From the NCBI GenBank assembly GCA_946499885.1, contig CAMMTN010000002.1, positions 85,085-125,084 of the forward strand: a stretch of 40,000 nt of DNA, written 5' to 3'. Positions 27,825 to 39,412 of the stretch are shown here, piece by piece. The translations under genes and the position numbers were made by a program. A model generated the notes under the pieces. That model saw only the letters and a list, made by a program, of their open reading frames with translations. It made no database searches and was not told where the DNA came from. Position 1 is the first letter of the stretch. Each line of letters begins with the position of its first letter. The stretch is from an uncultured Clostridium sp. (GTDB lineage Bacteria; Bacillota; Clostridia; TANB77; CAG-508).

Positions 27825-28131
27825 CTCTTCTTTCCTTCCCTTCATTAATCTTATGTACTTTATTTTATAAGTTATTATTTACGCTATTTCTTAAATTTAT
27901 ACAGTTTTCTTTGGTTGCCTCCTTTCAATTTTTTGATAATAAAATTATTTAATATTTTCAATTCCATTAGTCAAATATAAAACGATATTTATCAATTGCT
28001 ATTATATATTTAATTAATCTATTTGTAAATATTTTTATTCAATTTTATTTCATTATTTTTTGTATTTCTGTATACATAGGATTGTATAATATGCTATACT
28101 TATATTAGCTTTTATGAAATGAGGATTTATT

Positions 28132-30384
28132 ATGAATACAAAATACTTAAAAATTTTAGAATATGATAAGATTATCCACAAATTAATCACATATTGTAAA
28201 ACATATATAGGTAAAGAAAATATAGATAGTATCTCACCTGAATTTAGTACTAGCCAAGTTACTAATTTACTAAAATCTACAAGTGAAGCAATTAGTTTGA
28301 TTTTTAGAAAAGGAATTATTCCTATTTCTGATATTCCAAACATTACTATTAGCATAAAAAATATTGAGAGTAACAATATCCTATCTCCAATATCGTTGCT
28401 AAATATAGCTAAATTTTTAAAAATTTCTAGAGAAGTAAAAGAATACTTTTTTTCTTCTGATGACTTAGATTTAACTTCGTATACTAAGCTATATGATTTA
28501 TTCGACTTACTATATACAAATAAGAATATTGAAGAAAAAATATTTTCAGTTATTTTAGATGAAAACACAATATCTGATACCGCTTCTCCAAAACTTGCTT
28601 CTATTAGAAAGCAAAGCAAAAAATTAGAACAGGATATTCGTGACAAATTAAATTCATTTATTCATTCTTCTACTTACTCAAAATATATTATGGAGCCTAT
28701 TGTTACAATTAGGGCTAACAGATACGTTATCCCAATAAAAGAAGAATATCGCTCGCAAGTTAAAGGATTTATACATGATATATCTAGCAGTGGTTCTACT
28801 GTATTTATTGAACCTATAAGTGTATTTGAGCTAAATAATGAAATAACAAATTTAAAAGTAGAAGAAGATATTGAAATTGAAAAAATATTAGCCAATTTAT
28901 CTGCAATGTTATTTGATTATTCAAATTACTTAAAAAATAATATATCTATTTTAGGCGATTTAGATTTAATATTTGCTAAAGCATATTATTCAATTGAACT
29001 TGACGGAATTTTACCTCAAATTAATGATGAAAAATATATAAACCTAATATCCGCTAAGCATCCTTTGCTAGATAAGAATATAGCTGTTCCAATAGATATT
29101 TCAATAGGAAAAGATTATTCTTCTTTAGTTATAACTGGGCCTAATACTGGAGGAAAAACTGTTTCTCTTAAAACTACTGGACTTCTACTACTAATGGCTT
29201 ACTCTGGAATTTATATTCCTGCGAAGGAAGGAAGTTCAATTTTTGTCTTTGACAACATTTTTGCAGATATTGGAGATGAACAAAGTATTCAAGAAAATTT
29301 AAGTACTTTTTCTTCACACATAACTAATATAGTTGAGATAACTAATAATGTTACTTCAAATAGTTTAGTTTTGTTAGATGAGCTTGGTTCTGGAACTGAC
29401 CCCATTGAAGGAGCAAATCTTGCAATAAGCATATTAAAATATTTCTTTGATTTAGGAGTAACCTCTATCTCTACAACTCACTATCAAGAACTAAAAAACT
29501 ATTGTCTTGTAACAAAAGGATTTCAAAATGCGAGCTGTGAATTTGATATAGAAAATTTACGTCCAACATATAAATTATTAATTGGTGTCCCTGGTAAGAG
29601 CAACGCATTTGCAATTAGTAAAAAGCTTGGTTTAAAAAACGAGATATTAGATATGGCTAATTCATTGATGAAAAACGATGATATTAGCATAGAAGAATTG
29701 ATGAAAAATATATATGATAATAAAGTAGAAATTGAAAAAGAAAAAGAGGCTATAGCAAAAAATTCTAATCAAATAGAAATACTTAGAAAATCTCTAGAAA
29801 ATGAAAATAATAAACAAAAAGAGCAACAAAATAAAATAATAGAAGAAGCCAAAATTGAAGCAAGAAGAATTTTATTATCTGCAAAAGAAAAAGCTAATGA
29901 AACAATAAGAGAACTAAGCAATATGGATAAAAAAGATTTATCTACAGCAAATAATTTAAGAAATAAGCTTAATAATAACCTTAAAGAACTATCTCCTACA
30001 TCTTCTACGGATTCCTTAAATTTAGATGCTCTAAAAGCTCTAAATAACAAATTTAGTTTAAAAAATAGTACTTTAAGTAACAATAAAAAATCAAATTCTT
30101 CTGTAACATTTGCAAAAGGAAATAACTTTAAAGCGCAAAATATATCTAGTAAAATAAATGTTATTGGAATGAATGTTGATGAAGCAATATTTATAATTGA
30201 CAAATACTTAGACGATTGTGCTATTGCAAAACTTTCTCCTGTAAGAATAGTTCACGGAAAAGGCACTGGAAAACTAAGAGAAGGAATTCACAAATATTTA
30301 AAAACTAATTCGCATGTAAAATCATTTAGACTTGGAACATTCGGAGAAGGTGAAATGGGCGTAACTGTAGTTGAATTAAATTAA
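28132..30384 (+). CDS. mutS2: Endonuclease MutS2 (MutS domain V ATPase plus C-terminal Smr)
   Basis: Walker A ITGPNTGGKTVSLKT, LLDELGSGTDP, Smr VRIVHGKGTGKLREGIHKYL. Confidence 0.93.
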   Translation: MNTKYLKILEYDKIIHKLITYCKTYIGKENIDSISPEFSTSQVTNLLKSTSEAISLIFRKGIIPISDIPNITISIKNIESNNILSPISLLNIAKFLKISREVKEYFFSSDDLDLTSYTKLYDLFDLLYTNKNIEEKIFSVILDENTISDTASPKLASIRKQSKKLEQDIRDKLNSFIHSSTYSKYIMEPIVTIRANRYVIPIKEEYRSQVKGFIHDISSSGSTVFIEPISVFELNNEITNLKVEEDIEIEKILANLSAMLFDYSNYLKNNISILGDLDLIFAKAYYSIELDGILPQINDEKYINLISAKHPLLDKNIAVPIDISIGKDYSSLVITGPNTGGKTVSLKTTGLLLLMAYSGIYIPAKEGSSIFVFDNIFADIGDEQSIQENLSTFSSHITNIVEITNNVTSNSLVLLDELGSGTDPIEGANLAISILKYFFDLGVTSISTTHYQELKNYCLVTKGFQNASCEFDIENLRPTYKLLIGVPGKSNAFAISKKLGLKNEILDMANSLMKNDDISIEELMKNIYDNKVEIEKEKEAIAKNSNQIEILRKSLENENNKQKEQQNKIIEEAKIEARRILLSAKEKANETIRELSNMDKKDLSTANNLRNKLNNNLKELSPTSSTDSLNLDALKALNNKFSLKNSTLSNNKKSNSSVTFAKGNNFKAQNISSKINVIGMNVDEAIFIIDKYLDDCAIAKLSPVRIVHGKGTGKLREGIHKYLKTNSHVKSFRLGTFGEGEMGVTVVELN

Positions 30385-30400
30385 TTTCAAAAAAATGCGC

Positions 30401-30446
30401 TTGGGGACGTGGCAAAATTGCATATGCAAATTTTCCCCGTCCCCAA
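30401..30446. terminator. Imperfect palindrome with a TTGGGGACG / CGTCCCCAA core between convergent mutS2 and mtaB (family-1 relative)
   Basis: TTGGGGACGTGGCAAAATTGCATATGCAAATTTTCCCCGTCCCCAA. Confidence 0.65.
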
Positions 30447-30454
30447 ACACATTT

Positions 30455-31787
30455 TTATTCTGCTAACAATTCCAATTTATCTATTTTTGTTATTTTAACT
30501 TTTCTTACTTCATTTTCCCAGTTTTCACTTGTTGCTACCTTTACCACTCTATAATTTGTAGTATGACCTTTCATGTACCTTACTCCATTTTCCACATATG
30601 GTTCTTCGAAAAGTACTTCTACTTCTTGTCTAATATATTTCTCATTGTACTCTTTTTCATTTTCATCCGATAGTGCTATTAATTTTCTACTTCTTTCTTC
30701 TTTTATGTTGCCGTCTACTTGATTTGGCATTACTGCTGCCCTTGTTCCTTTTCTTTGTGAATATTTGAATATATGCATTTTATAGAATTTTATTTTCTTT
30801 AAGAAACCATATGTTACATTAAATTCTTCTTCTGTCTCACCTGGAAATCCCACTATTATATCTGTTGTCAATGCCACATCAGTATATGCTTTTCTTAACA
30901 ATTCTACTCCTTGCTCAAATTCGTCTATGCTATATCTTCTATTCATTCTCTTTAGGGTTTCGTCACATCCACTTTGAAGTGATAGATGAAAATGATCACA
31001 TATTTTTTCTAATTTAGATAATCTATTAACAAATTCGTCTGTAATTAGTGTTGGCTCAAGTGATCCGCAAACGTATTCTTTCTATTCCATCTATTTTATT
31101 TATATCTTCTAATAAATCAATTAATCGGTAATTTTTTTCTTTAAAATCTTTACCATATGATGCCAAATGAATTCCTGTTATAATAACTTCTTTTATTCCA
31201 TTTTGCGCAATTTTTGTAATTTCACTTACTACACTTTCTGGCTTTCTACTTCTAATATGTCCTCTTGCGTATGGAATTATGCAATATGAGCAAAATCTAT
31301 CACATCCATCTTGAACTTTTATAACAGCTCTTGTTTTTTCTGTAAAAGTTACATCTCCAAAATCCACATATTCTTCACAATGTAGAACATCTGTTATATC
31401 TTCTTCCAGTTTAGTGTTAGAATTTAATTCTTCTCTCTCTTCTAACATTTTATTAACATATTCTAATAAGTCCTTTTTCTTATTAGTTCCCAAAATCAAA
31501 TCAATTTCAGGAATTTTCTCTAATTCTTCTTTAGATACTTGTGCATAACACCCCACTGCTGCAAGTATTGCTTTTGGATTTAACTCTTTTACTTTTCTTA
31601 ACATTTGACGTGATTTTCTATCTGCCATATTCGTAACTGTACAAGTATTTACAACATATACATCAGCTTTTTCCTCAAAATCTACTACTTTGTATCCATT
31701 TTTTATAAATTCTTGTATCATTCCATTTGTTTCATATTGATTTACTTTGCATCCCAATGTGCAAAATGCTACTGTTCTATTCTCCAT
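30455..31787 (-). pseudogene. mtaB: tRNA t6A37 methylthiotransferase MtaB, interrupted by one extra nucleotide at 31064-31067 (track ORFs 31056-31799 and 30455-30946)
   Basis: FCTLGCKVNQYE and the radical-SAM motif CDRFCSYCIIP. The span is 1333 nt, which is 444 codons plus 1. Skipping the C of CGG at 31067 yields ...IRLGSLEPTLITDEFVNRLSKLEKICDHFHLSLQSGCDETLKRMNRRYSIDEF... as one continuous frame. Confidence 0.85.
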
Positions 31788-31885
31788 TTCTAACTCCATT
31801 TCAATTAATTTGTTCTATATTATATCATATTTTACAGCAAAATACGACCCTTCAATTGAAAAGTCGTATTTGCTTTTTTATTTGG

Positions 31886-32086
31886 TTACTTGTTTAATTG
31901 AGCAATTGTCAGTAGTATTCCAACCTCTGCTAAAAGCACATATATGACTATGAAAATAGTACCAATCCTGCTGTATCTCTCAAAGATTTTCCGTATCTTT
32001 TCCAAGTACTCTGGGTGATAGGTCTCATATACGCCAATTGCAAATGCTAATGGAGCACTAAGTACAAACACTAAGACCCCTAACAT
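31886..32086 (-). CDS. Small two-TM membrane protein (66 aa)
   Basis: Two hydrophobic helices with TAGAGG upstream. It contains an in-frame ATA CGG AAA. Confidence 0.45.
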   Translation of the reverse strand: MLGVLVFVLSAPLAFAIGVYETYHPEYLEKIRKIFERYSRIGTIFIVIYVLLAEVGILLTIAQLNK

Positions 32087-32346
32087 TCTAATTGCCTCTA
32101 ATATATAACCTCATCTTTTCAAAAGTGATATATATATTATATCATTTTTATATATTATGTCAAGTTTAAAGATGGACTAATACTTGCCTATCTGTATTTC
32201 GTTGAATTTAAAAGTAAATGTACATTTAATAATATAAACATTCAATCCAAGATTAAATACACGTTTTTTGTTTTTTTACAACATTCTTGTTTTTTTACTC
32301 TTATTGTGGTATTATATAACTATGAATAATGAAGGGGGAATTTTTT

Positions 32347-32973
32347 ATGGAAATAATAATAAAAAAATTTAAAGAAAATGTTTTAATACGAATAATTTGT
32401 TTTTTTATCTTATTTACTTTAATTTTCAGTACTTTAGGTTATTTAATTTATTATTGTATTAATAACATTGTATCAAATATTTTAAGTGATAATGTTTCAA
32501 CAGTATATGATGAGATTAAGAATATTGGAACATTAAATTTAATTTCTAAATTTGCAATAATCATAATATTTAATATATCCTTTTTTATAATTTGGAAACT
32601 AACTCTACACTTTACTCTAAAAAATTTTGAAGATATTTCAAATATTAACATATTAAAATATGTAAAAATTATAATGTTTATAGTAACAGTTATTATAGTT
32701 ATATATCTTATATTGGCTTTGCTAAATGATATTAACGACATTAAATATATCGAGTCTAATTTAAGTAATTCATATAATGGTTTACAGGAATTTGACCAAA
32801 ATGCTGATACTTCATCTTTAAAACAAAATCTTTCTATTATTGAATATGCAATTAATACTTCAAAAGCTTATTTCTTCCCTATGTATATTGTTATATTAAT
32901 AGACATAATATTATGTAGTATTATTACTTATTTTCTAATAAAAAGAAGGTATTTTATAAAATATTTAGATTAA
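32347..32973 (+). CDS. Hypothetical multi-TM membrane protein
   Basis: ATG at 32347 after AAGGGGG. About four TM helices. No motif recognised. Confidence 0.6.
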   Translation: MEIIIKKFKENVLIRIICFFILFTLIFSTLGYLIYYCINNIVSNILSDNVSTVYDEIKNIGTLNLISKFAIIIIFNISFFIIWKLTLHFTLKNFEDISNINILKYVKIIMFIVTVIIVIYLILALLNDINDIKYIESNLSNSYNGLQEFDQNADTSSLKQNLSIIEYAINTSKAYFFPMYIVILIDIILCSIITYFLIKRRYFIKYLD

Positions 32974-33070
32974 AAAAACTTTTTTATCCAATGCATATTA
33001 TTTTAACTTAGATTAATTGCTATAAATTTTTACCATACTATTGTTTAATTTTTTAGTGGTATACCAAAAA

Positions 33071-33106
33071 CTTGGTCAAAAAGTTTTTCCTTTCTGACCA
33101 AGTTTT
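33071..33106. terminator. Bidirectional terminator shared by the membrane-protein gene and groEL
   Basis: CTTGGTCA, a 16-nt loop, TGACCAAG, flanked by an A-run and a T-run. Confidence 0.7.
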
Positions 33107-33112
33107 ATTTTT

Positions 33113-34747
<1,635 letters not shown>

Positions 34748-34829
34748 TTAAAATTACCTCCTAAATTAATTATATTAATCTTTATGAACAAAAATTTTAT
34801 TATTTAATGTTTTTCTTGCTAGTCCCACG

Positions 34830-34882
34830 TAGCAATTGTACTTTTCTTCTGAATACTTGAAGAAGAAAATGCCCAATTGCTA
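34830..34882 (-). other. Two-tier hairpin inside the 171-nt groES-groEL spacer
   Basis: TAGCAATTG..TTTTCTTCT, a 9-nt loop, AGAAGAAAA..CAATTGCTA. TTGCTAGT occurs as a direct repeat at 34816 and 34877. Confidence 0.6.
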
Positions 34883-34918
34883 GTAAGATGGAACGGTAAT
34901 ATTGTACAAAATAAAATT

Positions 34919-35206
<288 letters not shown>

Positions 35207-35289
35207 CTACCTCCTTAAAAATTTTACACCATTTATTCTATATATTAATATGTTTATGATTAATATATATGCAAACTTGTCGATGTGTT

Positions 35290-35316
35290 TTAGCACTCTT
35301 TTGCATTGACTGCTAA
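35290..35316. promoter_or_regulatory. CIRCE (HrcA) operator
   Basis: TTAGCACTC, 9 nt, GACTGCTAA, compared with the consensus TTAGCACTC-N9-GAGTGCTAA (one mismatch). Confidence 0.85.
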
Positions 35317-35317
35317 A

Positions 35318-35346
35318 AATATATACCCTTTTTTTATAATTGTCAA
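35318..35346 (-). promoter_or_regulatory. Sigma-A promoter of groESL
   Basis: The minus strand reads TTGACA, 17 nt, TATATT, directly abutting CIRCE. Confidence 0.7.
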
Positions 35347-35648
35347 TAGTTTATTTAAGTTTTCACAAAAAGTTCACAAAGTTATATGATTTTTATATGA
35401 TATAATTATTTACAATTAACTTAAGCAGAGCTAAATAGCCTTTACTTTTTAATTTTCATGTTATTATTACATAACTTATTTTAAGTTTGCTTATGCTCTG
35501 TAAATTACTACACCATAAATTTTCTTCTTTATTTAATAAAACATAATGGTTTACTTTTGTTATTGTTAATAATTTACTACCTTTTAATTTTAAATTGCTT
35601 GTCAAAAATTTTTATACAATCATTCATAAAAAGTCAAAAAATGCATAT

Positions 35649-36218
35649 CTATCTTTTCTTTCTCTTTTGAACAGAAAAACCAAATCTTCCTATTTTTCTT
35701 CCTAAGCTATAATAGTGTCCATTAGAATAAGCAATCAAATTACATTTTGAAATATCAAAAGTTCCTTTTTCATCAATATATTTATCATCTGCATCTATTG
35801 ATAAAACTTCTGCTATAAACATATGGTGGCTTCCAAGCTTTCTTATTTCTTTTACTTTGCACTCTATTGCAACTGGACTTTCTTTAATTATGGGACATTT
35901 CACAAACTCCCCTTTTTCCTTTGTTAGATGCATTTCTTTAAACTTATCTACCTTTGCACCTGTTTTAACGCCACACCAATCAGTTGCATAAGCTAATTTT
36001 TCATTTGTTAGATTTATAACAAATTCTTTATTGTCTTTTATTAAATTATATGAATATCTTTCTGGTCTTACAGAAATGTAACACATTGCAGGATTTGTAT
36101 TTATAATTCCAGTCCATGCCACAGTCATAATATTTGATTTTTCCATTGTGCCACAAGATACCATCACTGCTGGAAGTGGATATATAAATGTCCCTGCTTT
36201 CCAAATTTTTCTACTCAT
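35649..36218 (-). CDS. Flavin reductase-like FMN-binding protein
   Basis: ATG at 36216-36218 after AGGAGG. The track's GTG at 36263 lies inside the palindrome. Motif is IMTVAWTGIINTNPAMCYISVRPERYSYNLI. Confidence 0.85.
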   Translation of the reverse strand: MSRKIWKAGTFIYPLPAVMVSCGTMEKSNIMTVAWTGIINTNPAMCYISVRPERYSYNLIKDNKEFVINLTNEKLAYATDWCGVKTGAKVDKFKEMHLTKEKGEFVKCPIIKESPVAIECKVKEIRKLGSHHMFIAEVLSIDADDKYIDEKGTFDISKCNLIAYSNGHYYSLGRKIGRFGFSVQKRKKR

Positions 36219-36237
36219 TTTCTTCCTCCTACTTAAC

Positions 36238-36351
36238 AAAAGTGAGCCATTGGGGACGTACACATTTGGCTCAAATAGTTATTTTTTTACCATATGACAC
36301 AATCTATTTTTTATTTGAGCCAAATGTGTACGTCCCCAATGGCTCACTTTT
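36238..36351. repeat. Family-1 long-arm palindrome (GGGGACGT core), copy 2; recG terminator
   Basis: Arms are AAAAGTGAGCCATTGGGGACGTACACATTTGGCTCAAATA and its reverse complement, with a 34-nt AT-rich centre. Confidence 0.85.
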
Positions 36352-36358
36352 GCTCAAT

Positions 36359-38412
36359 TCAAATGCTAATTCTATTTTCAAATTTTTCTTCCACTAATTT
36401 CTTTAGTTTTGCATTTTCTTCTTTTTCAAGTTTTGGATCTATTTCTTCTATTTTTAATGCTAATGCTTGAACTTCTTTTAGTATTGCAACATCTTGAAAT
36501 AAGTTTGCTATTTTAAATTCTGGAAGTCCGGTGCTGCCTTGTTCCAAAAAATTCGCCTGATCCACGAAGTTCTAAGTCTTTTTCTGCTACTATAAATCCA
36601 TTATCTGTTTCTTTCATTATTTTCATTCTTTCTTTTGTATTTTTTCCTTTCCCCTCATATATTAAAATACAGTATGATTGGTACTCTCCTCTACCTACTC
36701 GACCTCTTAATTGATGTAGTTGTGCTAAGCCAAAGTGTTCTGCATTTTGAACTACCATTATATTCGCATTTGGCACATTGACACCAACCTCTATAACTGT
36801 TGTAGATACTAATATTTGAATTTCTCCATCTTTAAATTTTTGCATTATTTCATCTTTTTCTTTTTGTTTCATTTTTCCATGTAAATATGCAACTTTAAAT
36901 TCTGGAAAAATACTAGCTTGATATTTTTCTGCAAGTTCTATTGCTGATTTAAAGTTTTCAAATTCTTCATTTTCTTCAACCAACGGACATACTATGTATG
37001 CTTGTCTTCCCTTTGCTACATTTGAACGTATAAATTCTTCTATTCTTCTTTCCATATTTTTCATTACAGGATATGTTTCTATCTTTTTTCTGTTTGGCGG
37101 AAGTTCATCTATTATTGATATATCCAAATCTCCATATAGGATAAGTGCTAGAGTTCTTGGTATTGGAGTTGCTGTCATAACAAGTACATCTGGATTCAAT
37201 CCCTTTGATGCAATACAAGCTCTTTGTCTTACTCCAAACCTGTGCTGTTCATCTGTTACTACTAATCCTAAGTTTTTAAATTCTACATCTTCTACTAAAA
37301 GTGCATGTGTTCCTATTAGTACATCTATTTCTCCATTTTTTAGTTTTTCCAAAATTTCTCTTCTTTTCTTTGTACTCATTCCCCCTAATAAAAGCTCGCA
37401 TTTGATTCCGAATTGTTCAAGTACCTTTGTAAATTCTTCCATGTGTTGCTGTGCTAAAATTGCAGTTGGAGCCATAATTGCAGCCTGATATCCACATTTT
37501 GCAGCTTTGTATGTAGCAATTATAGATACTATAGTTTTTCCGAGAGCCAACATCTCCTTGAAGAAGTCTATTCATTGGCTTTTTGCTTTCCATATCATTA
37601 TCTATTTCTTCTAAAACCCTAAGTTGAGCTTTTGTTAGTTTAAATGTAAGTGAATTTATTACATCTGACATTTTTACATTTTTATTAAATTCTATCCCAT
37701 CTGTTTCTTTATCATATCGTGATTTTAAGCTAGATAATGCAAGTTGAACAGTAAGTAATTCTTCAAAAACAAATCTTTTTCTTGCCTTGCTATATTCATT
37801 AAAATCTGAAGGAAAATGTATTTGTTTAGTAGCTAAGTTTATCTCATCTAAGTTATATTGTTTTAATATATATTCTGGCAATGTTTCTTCTAGTTTTCCT
37901 ATAGCAAGTTTTAGTCCATTTTCAATAATATTTCTTAATTTATTTTGTGATAAATTATATGTAAGAGGATATATTGGAATTATTTTTCCAGTATTTTTGC
38001 TAATTCCTTCTTTATCAAAAACAGGTGACTTCATTTCTATTCTTCCATATTTAACACTTACTTTTCCATAAAACTGATACTTTTCTCCAACTTTAAATTT
38101 ATTTTTTAAATATGTCTGGTTAAACCATGTAAGTACACATGTTCCAGTATCATCTCTAGCAGCCATTTTTAGCATTATTTTGTTTTTAGCAAATCTTGTT
38201 TCTGAAATTTGACTTATGCAAACAGCTTCTATTAATGCTTCTTCTCCATCTACTAGTTCGTATATTTTTTTTGGCTTTCCTCTATCTTCATAATTTCGTG
38301 GAAAATATGTAATAAGGTCTCCTAATGTGTTTATTTCTAGCTTTTGCAAAAGTGGTAAGTTATTCGGTCCAACTCCTTTTACATATTGTACACTTCGCTT
38401 TAAATCTATCAT
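36359..38412 (-). pseudogene. recG: ATP-dependent DNA helicase RecG, interrupted by two single extra nucleotides (track ORFs 37417-38445, 36513-37553, 36359-36565)
   Basis: ATG at 38412 after AAGGAGGGG. Motifs are LLQGDVGS|GKT, DEQHRFGV, VMTATPIPRTLA, LHQLRGRVGRG and GTRQH|GLPEFKIANL. The span is 2054 nt, which is 684 codons plus 2. Confidence 0.88.
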
Positions 38413-38554
38413 GTCCCCTCCTTGATAAATTGGAACATACTCCAAAATTTATTATTTATTTTACTACATTATGTTATATAACGCAAGTAAGATTTACTAG
38501 TAATGTTCTAAAAGTGTTACAAGTTACTATTCGTATTCAAATCTAAAGTTATGT

Positions 38555-38758
38555 TATGAAAGCCAGAAATAGTAATTAAAAAATTATAAGAATATGGAAT
38601 GGAAAGTGATTTGAAGTTAGAAATTCTTGATTGATTTTATGGAAAGAGTTCATCTCTGATGGAATGGTGCCATAAAATTAATTTAGAATTTCTATGAAAA
38701 TCAGCTTGACCGACATATTTGAAATAATTTTTTAATTACTATTTCTGGCTTCTGTATA
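38555..38758. mobile_element. Family-2 MITE-like element (about 204 bp): roughly 26-30-bp terminal inverted repeats enclosing a second nested inverted repeat, no ORF
   Basis: TIRs are TATGAAAGCCAGAAATAGTAATTAAAAAATT and AATTTTTTAATTACTATTTCTGGCTTCTGTATA. The inner inverted repeat is TAGAAATTC..TTTTATGG / CCATAAAA..TAGAATTTCTA. Confidence 0.6.
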
Positions 38759-38910
38759 AAATTTAATAAGATGCTAATTGTAGCACTTAATTGTTACTAC
38801 TACGAAAATTTATATATTTTTTCATATTTCTATTTCCTTTTAATATATTTTATAGTATAATTATATTGTTAGAATTTTAGACTTTTTTGTCAGAATGAGA
38901 GGTATATTAT

Positions 38911-39360
38911 ATGTGGGTATTTTGGTTAATTGCAGCAGGAATATTTTTTATAATTGAAATGGCTACAATTGGCTTTTTAGTTTTCTGGCTTGGAATAGGT
39001 TCTTTGCTAGCAATGGTTACAAGCTTTTTTGTAGATAGTATAATTGTACAGTTCGTAGTTTTTCTTGTAACATCAACACTTCTTATAATATTTACAAGAC
39101 CACTTGTAAATAAATTTGTAAAAGTTCCAAAGGAAATTAAAACAAATGCTTATTCAATTATAGGAAAAAAAGGAATTGTAACTTCAAAAATAAATAATAT
39201 TGAAGGAAGTGGACAAATAAAGATAGATGGAGAAGTTTGGTCTGCAAAATCTTTAGATGAAGAAGAAATTGAAAAAAATACTGAAATAGAAATAGTAGAA
39301 ATTGACGGTGTAAAAGCTGTAGTTAAAAAAGTTACAGATAATGCTAAAATTTCTGTATAA
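38911..39360 (+). CDS. NfeD-family membrane protein (C-terminal OB fold)
   Basis: Three TM helices, then GKKGIVTSKI...GQIKIDGEVWSAKS...IEIVEIDGVKAVVKKV. Confidence 0.85.
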   Translation: MWVFWLIAAGIFFIIEMATIGFLVFWLGIGSLLAMVTSFFVDSIIVQFVVFLVTSTLLIIFTRPLVNKFVKVPKEIKTNAYSIIGKKGIVTSKINNIEGSGQIKIDGEVWSAKSLDEEEIEKNTEIEIVEIDGVKAVVKKVTDNAKISV

Positions 39361-39412
39361 TTTATGATATTAAAATTTTTAATATATATTTTTAATAATA
39401 GGAGGATATTTT

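Noticed and set aside
28053-28646. 197-aa minus-strand ORF, and similar long antisense ORFs at 2456-2845, 13528-13890, 26762-27193, 29769-30203 and 36994-37488
   Set aside because: Each lies fully inside a well-supported gene on the opposite strand (mutS2, the CNNM gene, the permease, the FGE-domain gene, recG). Their translations are low-complexity and rich in I/L/F/S, and they lack RBSs. These are the antisense open frames expected in AT-rich DNA.
35347-35648. About 300 nt of ORF-free sequence between the groESL promoter and the flavin reductase gene, with short direct repeats (TTCACAAA x2, TATATGAT x2)
   Set aside because: The repeats are short and AT-rich, consistent with chance. I could identify no convincing hairpin, promoter or conserved motif, so it is left unexplained rather than called.
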